Below are positions 1-9,521 of a stretch of DNA of 64,000 nucleotides, one piece after another. The stretch is from NCBI GenBank assembly GCA_963751355.1, contig CAVVVS010000077.1:1-64000 (forward strand). The letters are read 5' to 3'. Position numbers and translations under genes: made by a program. This stretch comes from an uncultured Ignavibacteriales bacterium. GTDB lineage: Bacteria > Bacteroidota > Ignavibacteria > Ignavibacteriales > Ignavibacteriaceae. Position 1 is the stretch's first letter. Each line of letters starts with the position of its first letter. The notes beneath the pieces are model-generated. The model saw nothing but the letters and a program-made list of their open reading frames with translations. It was not told where the DNA came from and ran no database searches.

Positions 1-117
1 AACAATTTCATCCTCAATCGATGATCGAATGAGTGTAGGAAATTTTTGCTGAGCTTGTGCAAGCCATGTGCATGATATACAGAAAAATAACAGGAATATT
101 AATTTAACTTTTAACAT
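1..117 (-). CDS. Hypothetical secreted protein, N-terminal fragment that continues beyond the window start
   Basis: The minus-strand ATG at 117-115 opens a frame MLKVKLIFLLFFCISCTWLAQAQQ, a typical signal peptide. The frame runs off the window edge. Confidence 0.3.
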   Translation of the reverse strand, partial: MLKVKLIFLLFFCISCTWLAQAQQKFPTLIRSSIEDEIV

Positions 118-354
118 TTTTTTCGGAATCCTAATGAAATAATAATTATTCGCTTATTACTTCGTTTTTTCATTTAATTCAAATTCGATGGCTACATATC
201 TTGCATATATTTCTGAGAATTTCCATTACTCTGCGGCACTATTGAAAAGTCTATCAGGATTAAGATTAATGAATCAGTTCATAAACCAATATTATTGCTC
301 GGAAGTAATTAATATGTAAAAAAATGATAAAGTCTATTCTCCGTTAAAGTACAA

Positions 355-381
355 AAGACCCGGAATATTTCCGGGCCTCGT
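355..381 (-). terminator. Rho-independent terminator downstream of the OmpA operon
   Basis: GC-rich hairpin GCCCGGAAATATTCCGGGTC on the minus strand followed by TTTTGT, about 30 nt after the stop of 409..1227. Confidence 0.55.
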
Positions 382-408
382 TTAAAAGAATATTTATTAA
401 CCTGCCGG

Positions 409-1227
409 CTATTTGGCAGTACGATCGATGACAATCTCTACACGTCTATTGTTAGCTCTACCTTCTGCGTTGGAATTGTCCGCAACCGGTCTATTTTCAC
501 CGATACCCTGCGCTAGTATCAAATTGCCCGGGTAGCCGCGCGAGATAAGGTACGACCGAACTGCATCAGCACGCCTCTGTGATAAATCCTGGTTATAACT
601 GGAAGAACCCTGTGAATCCGTATAACCCTCAACGGTTAATCTTCGTTCTTTAGTCTCTAAGAGCGCATCGGCAACACGATTCAGCCGATTCTGCGCCGCC
701 GGCAAGAGTTCCGATTTGCTAGAAGCAAAGAGGACACTGCCCGAAAGTGTAATTACCAGTCCGCGTTCTTCTTCCTTAACTGCTGCAAGTTTTGCAAGGT
801 CTGCTTGTGCCTTAGCTGCCCTATTTTCAGCTTCAAGCCGCGCTTTTTGTTCTGCGGCAAGCTGTTCCGAATTGTTCTTCATTATCTCGGTCTGGGTTGT
901 CTGGTATTCTTTGTTTGCCTTGATGACAATCCCTTTTTCAGCAACTGTTATAGCCAGCGCTTCAGCTGTTTTGGCTTTGCGATCTGCTATGTAAGATAGA
1001 TCTTTCGTACGGTATGATTCAGGTTCATCCATGAAAGACTTTTCAGCTATATCAAGTGCCACCTTAGCCTTGTGTACCTCTGCGGGCACTAATTGTGCAG
1101 CCTGCCCTGTGCTGGCTTGTTGATAAGCCTGACGTGCATCGAGAAGCTCTTTTGGAGGAGTACTTGCGGCGCAGCTAACAAGTAGTAAGGCAAATGCGCT
1201 TATAATAAAATATTTAAAAGTTTTCAC
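409..1227 (-). CDS. OmpA-family lipoprotein with an N-terminal coiled-coil and a C-terminal OmpA peptidoglycan-binding domain
   Basis: Lipobox LLLVSCAAS. The C-terminus carries the OmpA_C signature (EGYTDSQGSSSYNQDLSQRRADAVRSYL...NRRVEIVI). Confidence 0.85.
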   Translation of the reverse strand: MKTFKYFIISAFALLLVSCAASTPPKELLDARQAYQQASTGQAAQLVPAEVHKAKVALDIAEKSFMDEPESYRTKDLSYIADRKAKTAEALAITVAEKGIVIKANKEYQTTQTEIMKNNSEQLAAEQKARLEAENRAAKAQADLAKLAAVKEEERGLVITLSGSVLFASSKSELLPAAQNRLNRVADALLETKERRLTVEGYTDSQGSSSYNQDLSQRRADAVRSYLISRGYPGNLILAQGIGENRPVADNSNAEGRANNRRVEIVIDRTAK

Positions 1228-1230
1228 TGG

Positions 1231-1611
1231 TCACTTCCTTTCTTCCGATGACGGGTTTTCTTTTTGGAGATTTTTTACTTTCTCCAATGCTTTTGCGGCT
1301 TCTGTTTTGTCAACTTCACTATGTGAGAGTGCTACAGCAAGTTCGGCATCTGCCTGGGCTCGTAATAGCATTGACTCAGATTGTGCTTTTTCACCATTTG
1401 CCTCATGTGTCGTGGCTTTTACTAACTCCTCTTTTGCCAGTTGTAAATAGAGTGACGCGCTTGGAATATTTGCTGCACCAACCTCCTCGGCAGCACGAAT
1501 TGCCGATGTAGACGCCTCTTTATTAACTACTACCGGTGTGCTTCCGCAGCCTGCAATCACCGCCGCGAAAAGTAAAAAACCGGCTAACATCCCTATCTTC
1601 GTAAGCTTCAT
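1231..1611 (-). CDS. Small helical lipoprotein (DUF4398-like) co-transcribed with the OmpA gene
   Basis: Lipobox IAGCGST. It lies 4 nt upstream of the OmpA gene. The DUF4398 + OmpA pairing is a common arrangement. Confidence 0.55.
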   Translation of the reverse strand: MKLTKIGMLAGFLLFAAVIAGCGSTPVVVNKEASTSAIRAAEEVGAANIPSASLYLQLAKEELVKATTHEANGEKAQSESMLLRAQADAELAVALSHSEVDKTEAAKALEKVKNLQKENPSSEERK

Positions 1612-1660
1612 TGGAATCCTCCTTGTATTTTTTTTATGTAACTATAATTCCCAATTCATA

Positions 1661-1676
1661 TTATGCTATAGCATAA
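1661..1676. promoter_or_regulatory. Perfect 16-bp palindrome TTATGCTATAGCATAA, a candidate operator
   Basis: Read directly from the sequence. It sits between the conserved element at 1721-1765 and the start codon at 1611. Confidence 0.25.
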
Positions 1677-1720
1677 AATTTCTTTTTGAATTTAGTTTAA
1701 TGTATCGATGATTAACTCTG

Positions 1721-1765
1721 GAATCAATCGAGCAAAGGGATGAAAAAGGGACTACATCGTTTGGG
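1721..1765 (-). promoter_or_regulatory. Conserved upstream element, copy 1 (GAATCAATCGAGCAAAGGGATGAAAAAGGGACTACATCGTTTGGG)
   Basis: One of 9 near-identical copies. It lies 110 nt upstream of the start of 1231..1611 (minus strand). Confidence 0.5.
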
Positions 1766-2278
1766 TGAGCCGATACAAGAATTCGCCTATTAAATAGAGA
1801 GTAAAATCTGCGTGTAATAAATCGTTTTTATGCATAATTTAGGACTAAACAGCTAGCAATAAAATATCAGTCGGATGTGACTTTGGGTTCTAATTTTAGT
1901 ATTGCTGCATTACTTCTTAGATTGACTCAATTTGAATTGACATCGAAAGGTAAAAAGAAAATCTGCCCAAAGAATATCATCGTCTGTCATTCGATTTGCA
2001 TTTTTGTCAATCTATTTTTTTACCAATCTTTGGGCAGAAAAGCACCCTCTGTTGAAAGTCTTGACAGCATGGGGCTGGTTTTCTCTAAAAAGGATTAACT
2101 GCATGTATAGATTTCCGGAAAATATTCGGTTATATCTGTGTGTAATGTTATTCCTTCAATATCAGATATGTTTGTGAGAGGATATATATTCCACAATTAG
2201 TCATTTAAAATCAATAGTTCATTAGGATGAAAATAGAGTACATCTTTTGGATTAATTCTGTGCCCGTACTCAGCAATC

Positions 2279-3409
2279 CTATTTTTTCCGGCATTCCCAT
2301 CCTGAATGGTTCTGTTTGTATTTTGATCGGTCAAAATGTGCCGCTCGATAAAATACATCTAATCCAATACTCATCCCGGGCAGTAAGAATTCATGGATAT
2401 CGGCGCAATCGCAGTGCTCAATTGATACCGATGAAGTATGTATCTGTTCTTCCAAATTGGACAACGTATTATTATAAATTCCTATAACTGAATTTACATA
2501 TTTCTCTGTGCGGTTTACATTGTACACAACAACGCTAACAGTGGTTTGGATATTTCTTGTGAGCCGGTCAAATGATTTTTGTGCGAATCTTTTTGCAAAA
2601 GCATGCACATCTCCGTCCTGCAAACTAAGGTCCAGCCGCTGAAGCGAATTGATGTCTAAATAAGACAAATGAAGATTTTCGGGAGAGGCTATGATGGTTC
2701 GTGAAAATGATCCAAGTGTACCTATAGTGTAAGGTGTACCGCCAAAGCAAGTGGACAGTATAATGAGATCAAACTTTGAGGAATCAGTGGTGAAGCCGTG
2801 CAACCCGCTGGCAAGATCACTGACTGTGAATTTCCGATCCGGATACGATTCATCATAGTCCGCACCGCCGAACTCGGGTATTTCGTGGCCGCAGTAGATA
2901 AACATTCTTACCATTTTGTGCATATTAATTCCGTGGTAGCGCCGATACAACTCAACTTCGGGTTCTAATTTTGATAGCTTCTGATCGCGCCAGTACATTT
3001 CATGCACGATGAGCCGTCCGTTCCGGTAATAATAAAACTCTCCGTCTCGAAGAGGAAAAAAGAACAAGAAGTGTCGCAGTGGTTTTTGATGAAAGATGAA
3101 TACTTCGGCGCTGGGGTTTTGCTGTGCAACTCTTATTGCTCTTGCAAGTGCTTCCTCATCTGCCTGGTATTCTTTACCGGTGGTATCATGGAAGGAGTAG
3201 TCGCCGTCTCCGTGGAGGACGAATATCAATGAGTACTGCGGAGCGAAAACACTATCTTTAGCATGCTGAGATTCACTTTGAACAGTAAGATCGGCACTGC
3301 ATGAGGATAGAAAAACAATAAATGCCGCACAACCAAAACTAACCAGGAACTTTAAGTACCTGATGCCTCGTTCGGATTGGTTGTGCGAGTTTAGCATAAG
3401 ATTGTTCAT
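2279..3409 (-). CDS. Lipoprotein, possible clan CD (clostripain/gingipain-like) cysteine peptidase
   Basis: Lipobox FLSSCSA. The motifs hydrophobic-HG (LIFVLHGDGD) and hydrophobic-xC (LIILSTCFGG) resemble the His/Cys dyad of caspase-fold peptidases. The assignment is weak. Confidence 0.4.
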   Translation of the reverse strand: MNNLMLNSHNQSERGIRYLKFLVSFGCAAFIVFLSSCSADLTVQSESQHAKDSVFAPQYSLIFVLHGDGDYSFHDTTGKEYQADEEALARAIRVAQQNPSAEVFIFHQKPLRHFLFFFPLRDGEFYYYRNGRLIVHEMYWRDQKLSKLEPEVELYRRYHGINMHKMVRMFIYCGHEIPEFGGADYDESYPDRKFTVSDLASGLHGFTTDSSKFDLIILSTCFGGTPYTIGTLGSFSRTIIASPENLHLSYLDINSLQRLDLSLQDGDVHAFAKRFAQKSFDRLTRNIQTTVSVVVYNVNRTEKYVNSVIGIYNNTLSNLEEQIHTSSVSIEHCDCADIHEFLLPGMSIGLDVFYRAAHFDRSKYKQNHSGWECRKK

Positions 3410-3422
3410 TCCTAAAGAGATA

Positions 3423-3857
3423 TTATAATAAAAGTACTACCAGGATGATTATCAGAAGTAGAGCAACTAAACTGATAGTTATAGTTTGGGACGCCTGTTC
3501 CATATCCTGTACTACATAATTAGAAAAAGCATTCAGTTGTGCATCCGACACGCGCTCGTATCCATTTTTGCCTCCAAGTTCGTCTTTTTTCTCTTGAAGT
3601 GCGGTTTTGAAATGCTCAATACCTACGAGATCTTCTTTCGAAATCAGTCCTGAGCTTTCTACCTCGTCCAAAGCTCTGGACATGTTCTGAAATGCATCAT
3701 TTAGGATTTTACGCTTCTCGGATACATTCTCTGTTGCTTTTACTTTGTTTGCTGCATCGCTAAAGTATTTTTGAAGCTTATCTTTCCCGCCCGCATTTAC
3801 CGGGAGAGCTATAATAAACATCATAATGATAGATCCGATAACAATTCGTGCTTTCAT
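3423..3857 (-). CDS. Hypothetical secreted protein with a C-terminal hydrophobic anchor
   Basis: N-terminal signal peptide and C-terminal TM segment (LVALLLIIILVVLLL). It lies directly upstream of 2279..3409. Confidence 0.6.
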   Translation of the reverse strand: MKARIVIGSIIMMFIIALPVNAGGKDKLQKYFSDAANKVKATENVSEKRKILNDAFQNMSRALDEVESSGLISKEDLVGIEHFKTALQEKKDELGGKNGYERVSDAQLNAFSNYVVQDMEQASQTITISLVALLLIIILVVLLL

Positions 3858-4105
3858 TGTTGTTCCCTTTCATGGAGTTGAAACAAAATTGATTGATCAT
3901 CCGGTAGCATTGACATTTCGTTTACGATATAGTCTGTATCTCTCTGAACCAAAGTCAAAACATAAAGCATTATTATATGTCCTTCCTCTATAGCTGTTCG
4001 TAAACTATCACACTATTTGAGCAAAATATTTTTTTGCATTGGTGTTATCTTTTAGTTGTCGAGATAATTTATCCTATATAAGCTATCGAATAAATTGCAG
4101 CAAAG

Positions 4106-4148
4106 AAATCGACCAAAGGGATGAAAAAAGGATTACATCCTTTGGGGG
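4106..4148 (-). promoter_or_regulatory. Conserved upstream element, copy 2
   Basis: AAATCGACCAAAGGGATGAAAAAAGGATTACATCCTTTGGGGG, about 250 nt upstream of 3423..3857. Confidence 0.5.
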
Positions 4149-4358
4149 AGCACAACGGTAAAACTTAAGCAAAATGCAATCTTCATAAAGTTATTTAAGA
4201 AAAGCATGGGAAACCCACCACAGGATAATTTGTTTGGGGCGCTAAGCTTCTCAATTTTTCCGGAATGCATTTGTGCGGGATTAATAAAAAAATAATTTCT
4301 ACACACTTAAATTTTATTTAGTATAAAGAAGAGCTTAAGTATACAAAACTATCATAGC

Positions 4359-4967
4359 TTAAGTTTGTGTACGCACACGGCAAGTATAAACAAGAGCAGG
4401 GGGAATGTTGAAGAAAACGAATTCCAAATCGATGCTGATGAAATATTTTTTCAATATCGGTCGCAGAATCATGCCTTTTAAAATCGATAAGGTATGCATA
4501 TACTGGATAAAGATTCCGTCTTCTTTTAGCAAGGGTAAAACCTCATTCCTCAGCAGATCTTCAAATTTTAATGAAGACCAGGGAAGAGTGGAAATGATAC
4601 AATCAACACTCTCGGTTTGTAATCCGAAGCGGTTTAGAAGAACATTCCTGGAATTGAACACATTATTATTAAGAACAAAAACATTACTTTCATCTATATT
4701 TTTCTGAAGCGAATTGTAAAAGTTATTGTTTTTTTCAAAACAAATTAAAGTGCTATCCGGCTTCTTCCTTTTCAGAATCTCCCCGGTAACAGCCCCGCTG
4801 CCGGAACCATATTCTAGTATAATTTCTGCGGAATCGAAGGGGATAGTACTGACTAGACTTTTAATACAAGCAGGGGAATCCGGTGTAACGGATCCGATTT
4901 CTTTGAAGTACCGAACAGATTGATTTAAAAAATTGAAAGCACCAGTCTCTGTTCGTTGTTTTCTCAT
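4359..4967 (-). CDS. Class I SAM-dependent methyltransferase
   Basis: Glycine-rich SAM motif ILEYGSGSGAVTGEI. Confidence 0.6.
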   Translation of the reverse strand: MRKQRTETGAFNFLNQSVRYFKEIGSVTPDSPACIKSLVSTIPFDSAEIILEYGSGSGAVTGEILKRKKPDSTLICFEKNNNFYNSLQKNIDESNVFVLNNNVFNSRNVLLNRFGLQTESVDCIISTLPWSSLKFEDLLRNEVLPLLKEDGIFIQYMHTLSILKGMILRPILKKYFISIDLEFVFFNIPPALVYTCRVRTQT

Positions 4968-5229
4968 TCTTATCTTTCTTTATTATTTTTGACAGGCAAA
5001 TCAATATCACACAAGATCCGGTATAGATAATAATCTTTTATTTATGTATTAAAGGATTACCTGGCTTTTTCTTTAATCTATAAACTGAATATGTTTTCCG
5101 GATTACGCAACCTGTATTTTAATTCTTCAGCTTAATCCGGTATACTTGAAATGAACGCTATTATTGGATATGGTTGATTTGCAGATCCGCTTTTAATGTT
5201 TATTTTAACTTCTAAGCTATGAAGTTTAA

Positions 5230-5254
5230 TGATCAGTATCTTTGATACTGATCA
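5230..5254 (-). terminator. Perfect 11-bp-stem hairpin (TGATCAGTATC-TTT-GATACTGATCA), a probable terminator
   Basis: Lies 18 nt downstream of the stop of 5272..5493 on the minus strand. The U-tail is weak. Confidence 0.4.
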
Positions 5255-5271
5255 ATTCAGCAGCTATCTTG

Positions 5272-5493
5272 TCAAAAATCTTTTCTCTTTCCGGATAGAA
5301 AAATAATTCCACCGATTGCTACCATTGTTATGCCAAAAAACGGCGATCCAAATGCCGTATGCTCTTTAACATTTGTTACCCGAACATTGTCTATACTTAA
5401 TAATTTCCCTTTTGTTATATAATTAAATCCGGTATATAAGGTTATTAATAAACCCGTTATTAGTATGATGAAACCTATTGTTGTTGTTTTCAT
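5272..5493 (-). CDS. Small membrane protein (2 TM)
   Basis: Two hydrophobic helices. It sits in an operon position after 5537..6172. Confidence 0.5.
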   Translation of the reverse strand: MKTTTIGFIILITGLLITLYTGFNYITKGKLLSIDNVRVTNVKEHTAFGSPFFGITMVAIGGIIFLSGKRKDF

Positions 5494-5536
5494 GAATTCT
5501 CCTCTTTTTTCCCCCGTAATATCTTACGCTACATTT

Positions 5537-6172
5537 TTACTTCTTATCTTTAATAATATTATTTCGTACTAATTCATCGATTACAAGATCGGCAATATTT
5601 TTTTGAATATCTTTCCCGGAATTCCGGGCGGGAGTATTACTTATAGCGCCCCAAATTATTCGCCCTTTATTTCGTACGACCCAAACCTCTATTGAATGAC
5701 GGTTAACCATTTCAGAATCAATATATGCCGGGTGCTGAACTTCCTGATAATAAGTGGAATATGAATTCCTGAAGGGATTATATTTTAATTCCGCATCAGA
5801 GCTGATATAGCTCTCCACATAATGCGTTTGCGCTCCTTTATGAAGTACACGGATAACCAGGATTCCATCAAAATCGTTATTATGAATAGTTTGAATAATT
5901 TGATTAGTATCAGGTAATACATTTGGAAATAAAATGTAAGATGATGATGCTTCAACACCATGCTTTGAGAGATCGCCGGCAAAAGCATCCTCCCAAATTC
6001 TTCGTTGAACAGGATTTTTCCTTATCGCAATTACAAGTAGCTTTTTCAAGCGGTAATCATGATTTGATGGATCATTCCATACATCAACAAGTTCGGATGA
6101 AGAACAACTTTCGATCTGTATCATTAAGCAGCATAATGTCACTGCCATGATAAAGTTATTATAAAGTTTCAT
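5537..6172 (-). CDS. Hypothetical lipoprotein
   Basis: Signal peptide with lipobox IESCSSS. No recognisable domain. Confidence 0.6.
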   Translation of the reverse strand: MKLYNNFIMAVTLCCLMIQIESCSSSELVDVWNDPSNHDYRLKKLLVIAIRKNPVQRRIWEDAFAGDLSKHGVEASSSYILFPNVLPDTNQIIQTIHNNDFDGILVIRVLHKGAQTHYVESYISSDAELKYNPFRNSYSTYYQEVQHPAYIDSEMVNRHSIEVWVVRNKGRIIWGAISNTPARNSGKDIQKNIADLVIDELVRNNIIKDKK

Positions 6173-6473
6173 GATCTATCTTCTTTCCTGAACGGGGCAT
6201 ATTTAATTATTAGAACCTCTGCAGAATAAATATTTTACTCTATCGTCACTTCGACCAACGGGAGAAATCTTTCAATTCAAAAAGATTTGCAGCATTGGCC
6301 TACGAATTTCAGGCGATGACTCCTTCGAATCGTCGAATAAACTATTCTGCAGAGAATCTATTCTTTTCCTTATTATTTTAAGTAACACAAATTCATAATA
6401 TTTTAGGTGACATGAGTTAATAAGAAATCGGATATCACATAAACAATTTAAAACTCTCCAGAGATCTAAATTA

Positions 6474-6518
6474 ATTCAATGGAGCAAAGGGATGAAAAAG
6501 GGACTACATTTTATGGGG
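6474..6518 (-). promoter_or_regulatory. Conserved upstream element, copy 3
   Basis: AATTCAATGGAGCAAAGGGATGAAAAAGGGACTACATTTTATGGGG, about 300 nt upstream of 5537..6172. Confidence 0.5.
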
Positions 6519-6879
6519 AAATAGCTTTCTTGCAATGACCGGATTTTAGCAGAGGATTAAACAGAGAAAAAAAATATTTCCCTTGTTAGATTAAATACTC
6601 ACATTATTCTTACTTGTTCAAATATCGTCTTTTCTTCATAAATTTCCTTTTTCCTCTTTTTGTCGATCCCTTGAGAAAGACACTTCCGGAATAATTTAAG
6701 CAGGAACATAGTCTACGTAAAAAGATAGAACTACAATTTAGAAACAATACTTAATTTTCTTTTTTTACATTCACAATACTGTTGGAAAAATTCGGAATTA
6801 CATGACAAGTAGTTTTTATCGCTTTATGAAAAATGAGTTATATAACTTTTTATTTCCTTTAACATGATTAATAACTAAT

Positions 6880-6906
6880 AGAAGCGGCACGTTTAGTGCC
6901 GCTTCT
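6880..6906 (-). terminator. Rho-independent terminator for the OmpA-TSP3 operon
   Basis: Perfect 11-bp stem AGAAGCGGCAC-GTTTA-GTGCCGCTTCT, 30 nt downstream of the stop at 6935. Confidence 0.6.
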
Positions 6907-6934
6907 ACAAATGAGATTTATAACGATAAAAGAA

Positions 6935-8341
6935 TTACTTACCTTTTGAGATTAAATTTATCTCCACTCTTCTGTTCATAGCTCTTCCTTCAGATGTTGC
7001 GTTTGTAGCGATTGGATTTTCTTCACCATATGCTACTATTTTTAAACTACTTCTTTCAACGCCTTTGCGTGTAAGGTAGTCTACAACTGATTGAGCTCTT
7101 TCCCGTGAAAGATTCATATTATATCTTTTCGAACCTTTGCTATCTGTATAACCGGCGATTTCCCATTTGTAGTCAGGATGTGACTTCATAGTACTAATGA
7201 GATTATCAAGAGCGGTATAAGCACTGGGCAGCAGGGCTGACTTATTAAATTCAAAATTCGTATCGCCGCTAAGTACTAACGACTTTATTTCAACAGGTTT
7301 TGTGATTACAACAGTATCCTTCTTGATAGGACATCCTTCGGCATCTACCTGGGTTCCGGTTGGTGTATTAGGACATTTATCCAGATAGTCCGGAACACCA
7401 TCACCATCGGAATCAAGCGGACATCCGTTGGCATCTACCTTTACCCCTGCAGCCGTTTTAGAGCATTTATCGAGATAATCCGGGACACCGTCACCATCGG
7501 AATCAAGCGGACATCCGTTGGCATCTACTTTTACCCCTGCTGGTGTATTAAGGCATTTATCCAGATAATCCGGAACACCGTCACCGTCGGAATCAAGCGG
7601 ACATCCGTTATTATCTACTTTAACTCCTGTAGGAGTATTTGGGCAGTCATCTTTGGAATCTGGAATACCGTCACCGTCGGAATCCTTATCCCTGCCGAAG
7701 TAATAAGATATACCCGCAGTAATAGAGTACAGCATATCATTATTGGAACCGGACTTAATATCATCCCAATAATCTGTTTTCCCCATTATTATTCCACCAT
7801 TAACATTAATACTCATGTTTTTTGATATAATGAATCGTACGCCTACATCGCCATTAAAACCCATCGAATATTTGGTATAATTTCCGGCAACATTATTCGG
7901 CAACTGATTTCCGTCAGCGTCTTTTGGATCAAACCAAACATTGGAAAGTCCTACACCTATCCAGGGATATATATTATCATCTAACGAAAGAGCATAAAAA
8001 ATACCGCCGCCCCAAATATCAAATTTTGTTGAAAATTCATTTGTTGGATTCATAACAGTAGCTGGATTGCCTTTGCCTGCAATAAATCCCGTCTGTCCGA
8101 ATATTCTTAACCCAATATTTCCGGAACCGGTGGAGGGAAGATAGTATTCCAGGGATGCTTTACCGGTGTATTTAATTTTGGTATTTGAATAATCGGTAAG
8201 TCCGAATGTTATTCCACCTTCAGCTGTAAGGCCGAATACATTTGACATAGAATTTTGCTTTGGAATTTGAACCTCATCTTGCGCCATATTAAATTGAGTA
8301 AACCCCAAAAGTATTATCCAAATCAATGTAAATAGTTTCAT
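6935..8341 (-). CDS. OmpA-family outer membrane protein with an N-terminal beta-barrel, 4 thrombospondin type-3 (calcium-binding) repeats and a C-terminal OmpA domain
   Basis: Repeated DSDGDGVPDYLDKC units. C-terminal OmpA signature (AGYTDSKGSKRYNMNLSRERAQSV...NRRVEI). N-terminal signal peptide. Confidence 0.85.
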   Translation of the reverse strand: MKLFTLIWIILLGFTQFNMAQDEVQIPKQNSMSNVFGLTAEGGITFGLTDYSNTKIKYTGKASLEYYLPSTGSGNIGLRIFGQTGFIAGKGNPATVMNPTNEFSTKFDIWGGGIFYALSLDDNIYPWIGVGLSNVWFDPKDADGNQLPNNVAGNYTKYSMGFNGDVGVRFIISKNMSINVNGGIIMGKTDYWDDIKSGSNNDMLYSITAGISYYFGRDKDSDGDGIPDSKDDCPNTPTGVKVDNNGCPLDSDGDGVPDYLDKCLNTPAGVKVDANGCPLDSDGDGVPDYLDKCSKTAAGVKVDANGCPLDSDGDGVPDYLDKCPNTPTGTQVDAEGCPIKKDTVVITKPVEIKSLVLSGDTNFEFNKSALLPSAYTALDNLISTMKSHPDYKWEIAGYTDSKGSKRYNMNLSRERAQSVVDYLTRKGVERSSLKIVAYGEENPIATNATSEGRAMNRRVEINLISKGK

Positions 8342-8383
8342 TTAGATCTCCTTTTTTTTATAATTAAATACGATTATATCTTT

Positions 8384-8881
8384 TTATTGAAAGAAATATC
8401 TTATACCCAGACCGGCATCAAGCCCTAACCCTGTAAGCGGAGTAAGCTGAAATACCGGCACTAACTCGACGAATACATCTATCGGTGTTGAATGCGGAAA
8501 CCATGCTATGCCAAAAACACCTCTTATACCTATTGAAGCATCATAACCTCCGCCGCTGTTAAACCTTCCGCCTATTCCATAATAGAGAGGAAATCTTTCT
8601 GTTGCATTTATGGCATCGAATGAGTGCCAGAGATAATCCATGTGAAAATGGACTCGGTTTTGCCTATCGTAGTGACCTTCGTAATGGATACGATCTCCAC
8701 CAACGGACAAGCCAAGCCCGAAATCAAATGCATTTATCTTTGATGTCCAGAGTTTTGCACTCAACCCTGTCGGTTCTCCTAAAATAAGACCAAGCCCAAA
8801 TCCGTGATCCTGCGCCGCACTTGGTTTCGCAAATACAGCCATTATAACCAATACCATACAAAAAATAAGATTCTTATTCAT
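8384..8881 (-). CDS. Secreted glycine-rich protein, possible small outer-membrane beta-barrel
   Basis: Signal peptide, alternating Gly/aromatic pattern, C-terminal ...YFFQ. It lies 43 nt upstream of the OmpA-TSP3 gene. Confidence 0.55.
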   Translation of the reverse strand: MNKNLIFCMVLVIMAVFAKPSAAQDHGFGLGLILGEPTGLSAKLWTSKINAFDFGLGLSVGGDRIHYEGHYDRQNRVHFHMDYLWHSFDAINATERFPLYYGIGGRFNSGGGYDASIGIRGVFGIAWFPHSTPIDVFVELVPVFQLTPLTGLGLDAGLGIRYFFQ

Positions 8882-9027
8882 TAGTAAAATCCCTTTTATT
8901 AATTTCTATTTATTCCTATGTTGATTTGAGCATTCCTAAATCACTATGTCGTTTTCCAATAATGATTTTGCCAGCAATACAATCACTTTTTTCGTTCACA
9001 TAATAAGCTACATGAAGAAGCAAGGTA

Positions 9028-9070
9028 AATCAATCGGTCAAAAGGATGAAAAAGTAGTTAATCCTATAGA
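9028..9070 (-). promoter_or_regulatory. Conserved upstream element, copy 4 (diverged)
   Basis: AAATCAATCGGTCAAAAGGATGAAAAAGTAGTTAATCCTATAG, about 150 nt upstream of 8384..8881. Confidence 0.45.
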
Positions 9071-9289
9071 TCTATAACTACTTGTCTTTAACGAAAAAAT
9101 TTTGTGCCTTATGTATCCCTTTCTGTGGAAAAAATATTTAATAAAAGATTGATGGACGAGACTTCGCCCATGCGACAATGTCGCACCATGAATGCATGCG
9201 GTTTTACGCAATCATGATCCAAGAATATTTTGAATCATAAAATAAAATAAGATTGATGGTATTATACATTGCGTAAAAGGCTGCGATAA

Positions 9290-9415
9290 TTATTGATTGA
9301 GGATCCCCTGGTCTTTTTTCCCATATTTCTTTTCTCTTTTAGCTTCCTTTTTTTCTTTCATGGTTTTTGCCGGTTCTTTTTTAGAACCCTTTTTAGTATC
9401 ATGACTTTTGCTCAT
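9290..9415 (-). CDS. Small lysine-rich protein (41 aa), not present in the ORF track
   Basis: Minus-strand ORF MSKSHDTKKGSKKEPAKTMKEKKEAKREKKYGKKDQGILNQ. A GAGGT Shine-Dalgarno sits 8 nt upstream of the ATG. Confidence 0.35.
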   Translation of the reverse strand: MSKSHDTKKGSKKEPAKTMKEKKEAKREKKYGKKDQGILNQ

Positions 9416-9521
9416 TTTATTACCTCATTTGATGAATTATTAAATACACTTACCTGAACAGGAAATTAAACAACTCCGCAGATCCATTTCATAAATCGAC
9501 CATTAAGTTCACTTAAAATTT

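Noticed and set aside
716-999. Plus-strand ORFs (716..994, 805..999 and many similar: 1248..1511, 3002..3232, 8602..8787, 9661..9930, 17491..17745 and others) nested inside minus-strand genes
   Set aside because: They lie entirely antisense to well-supported CDSs with recognisable domains, have low-complexity or odd composition, and lack signal or domain features. They were treated as spurious.
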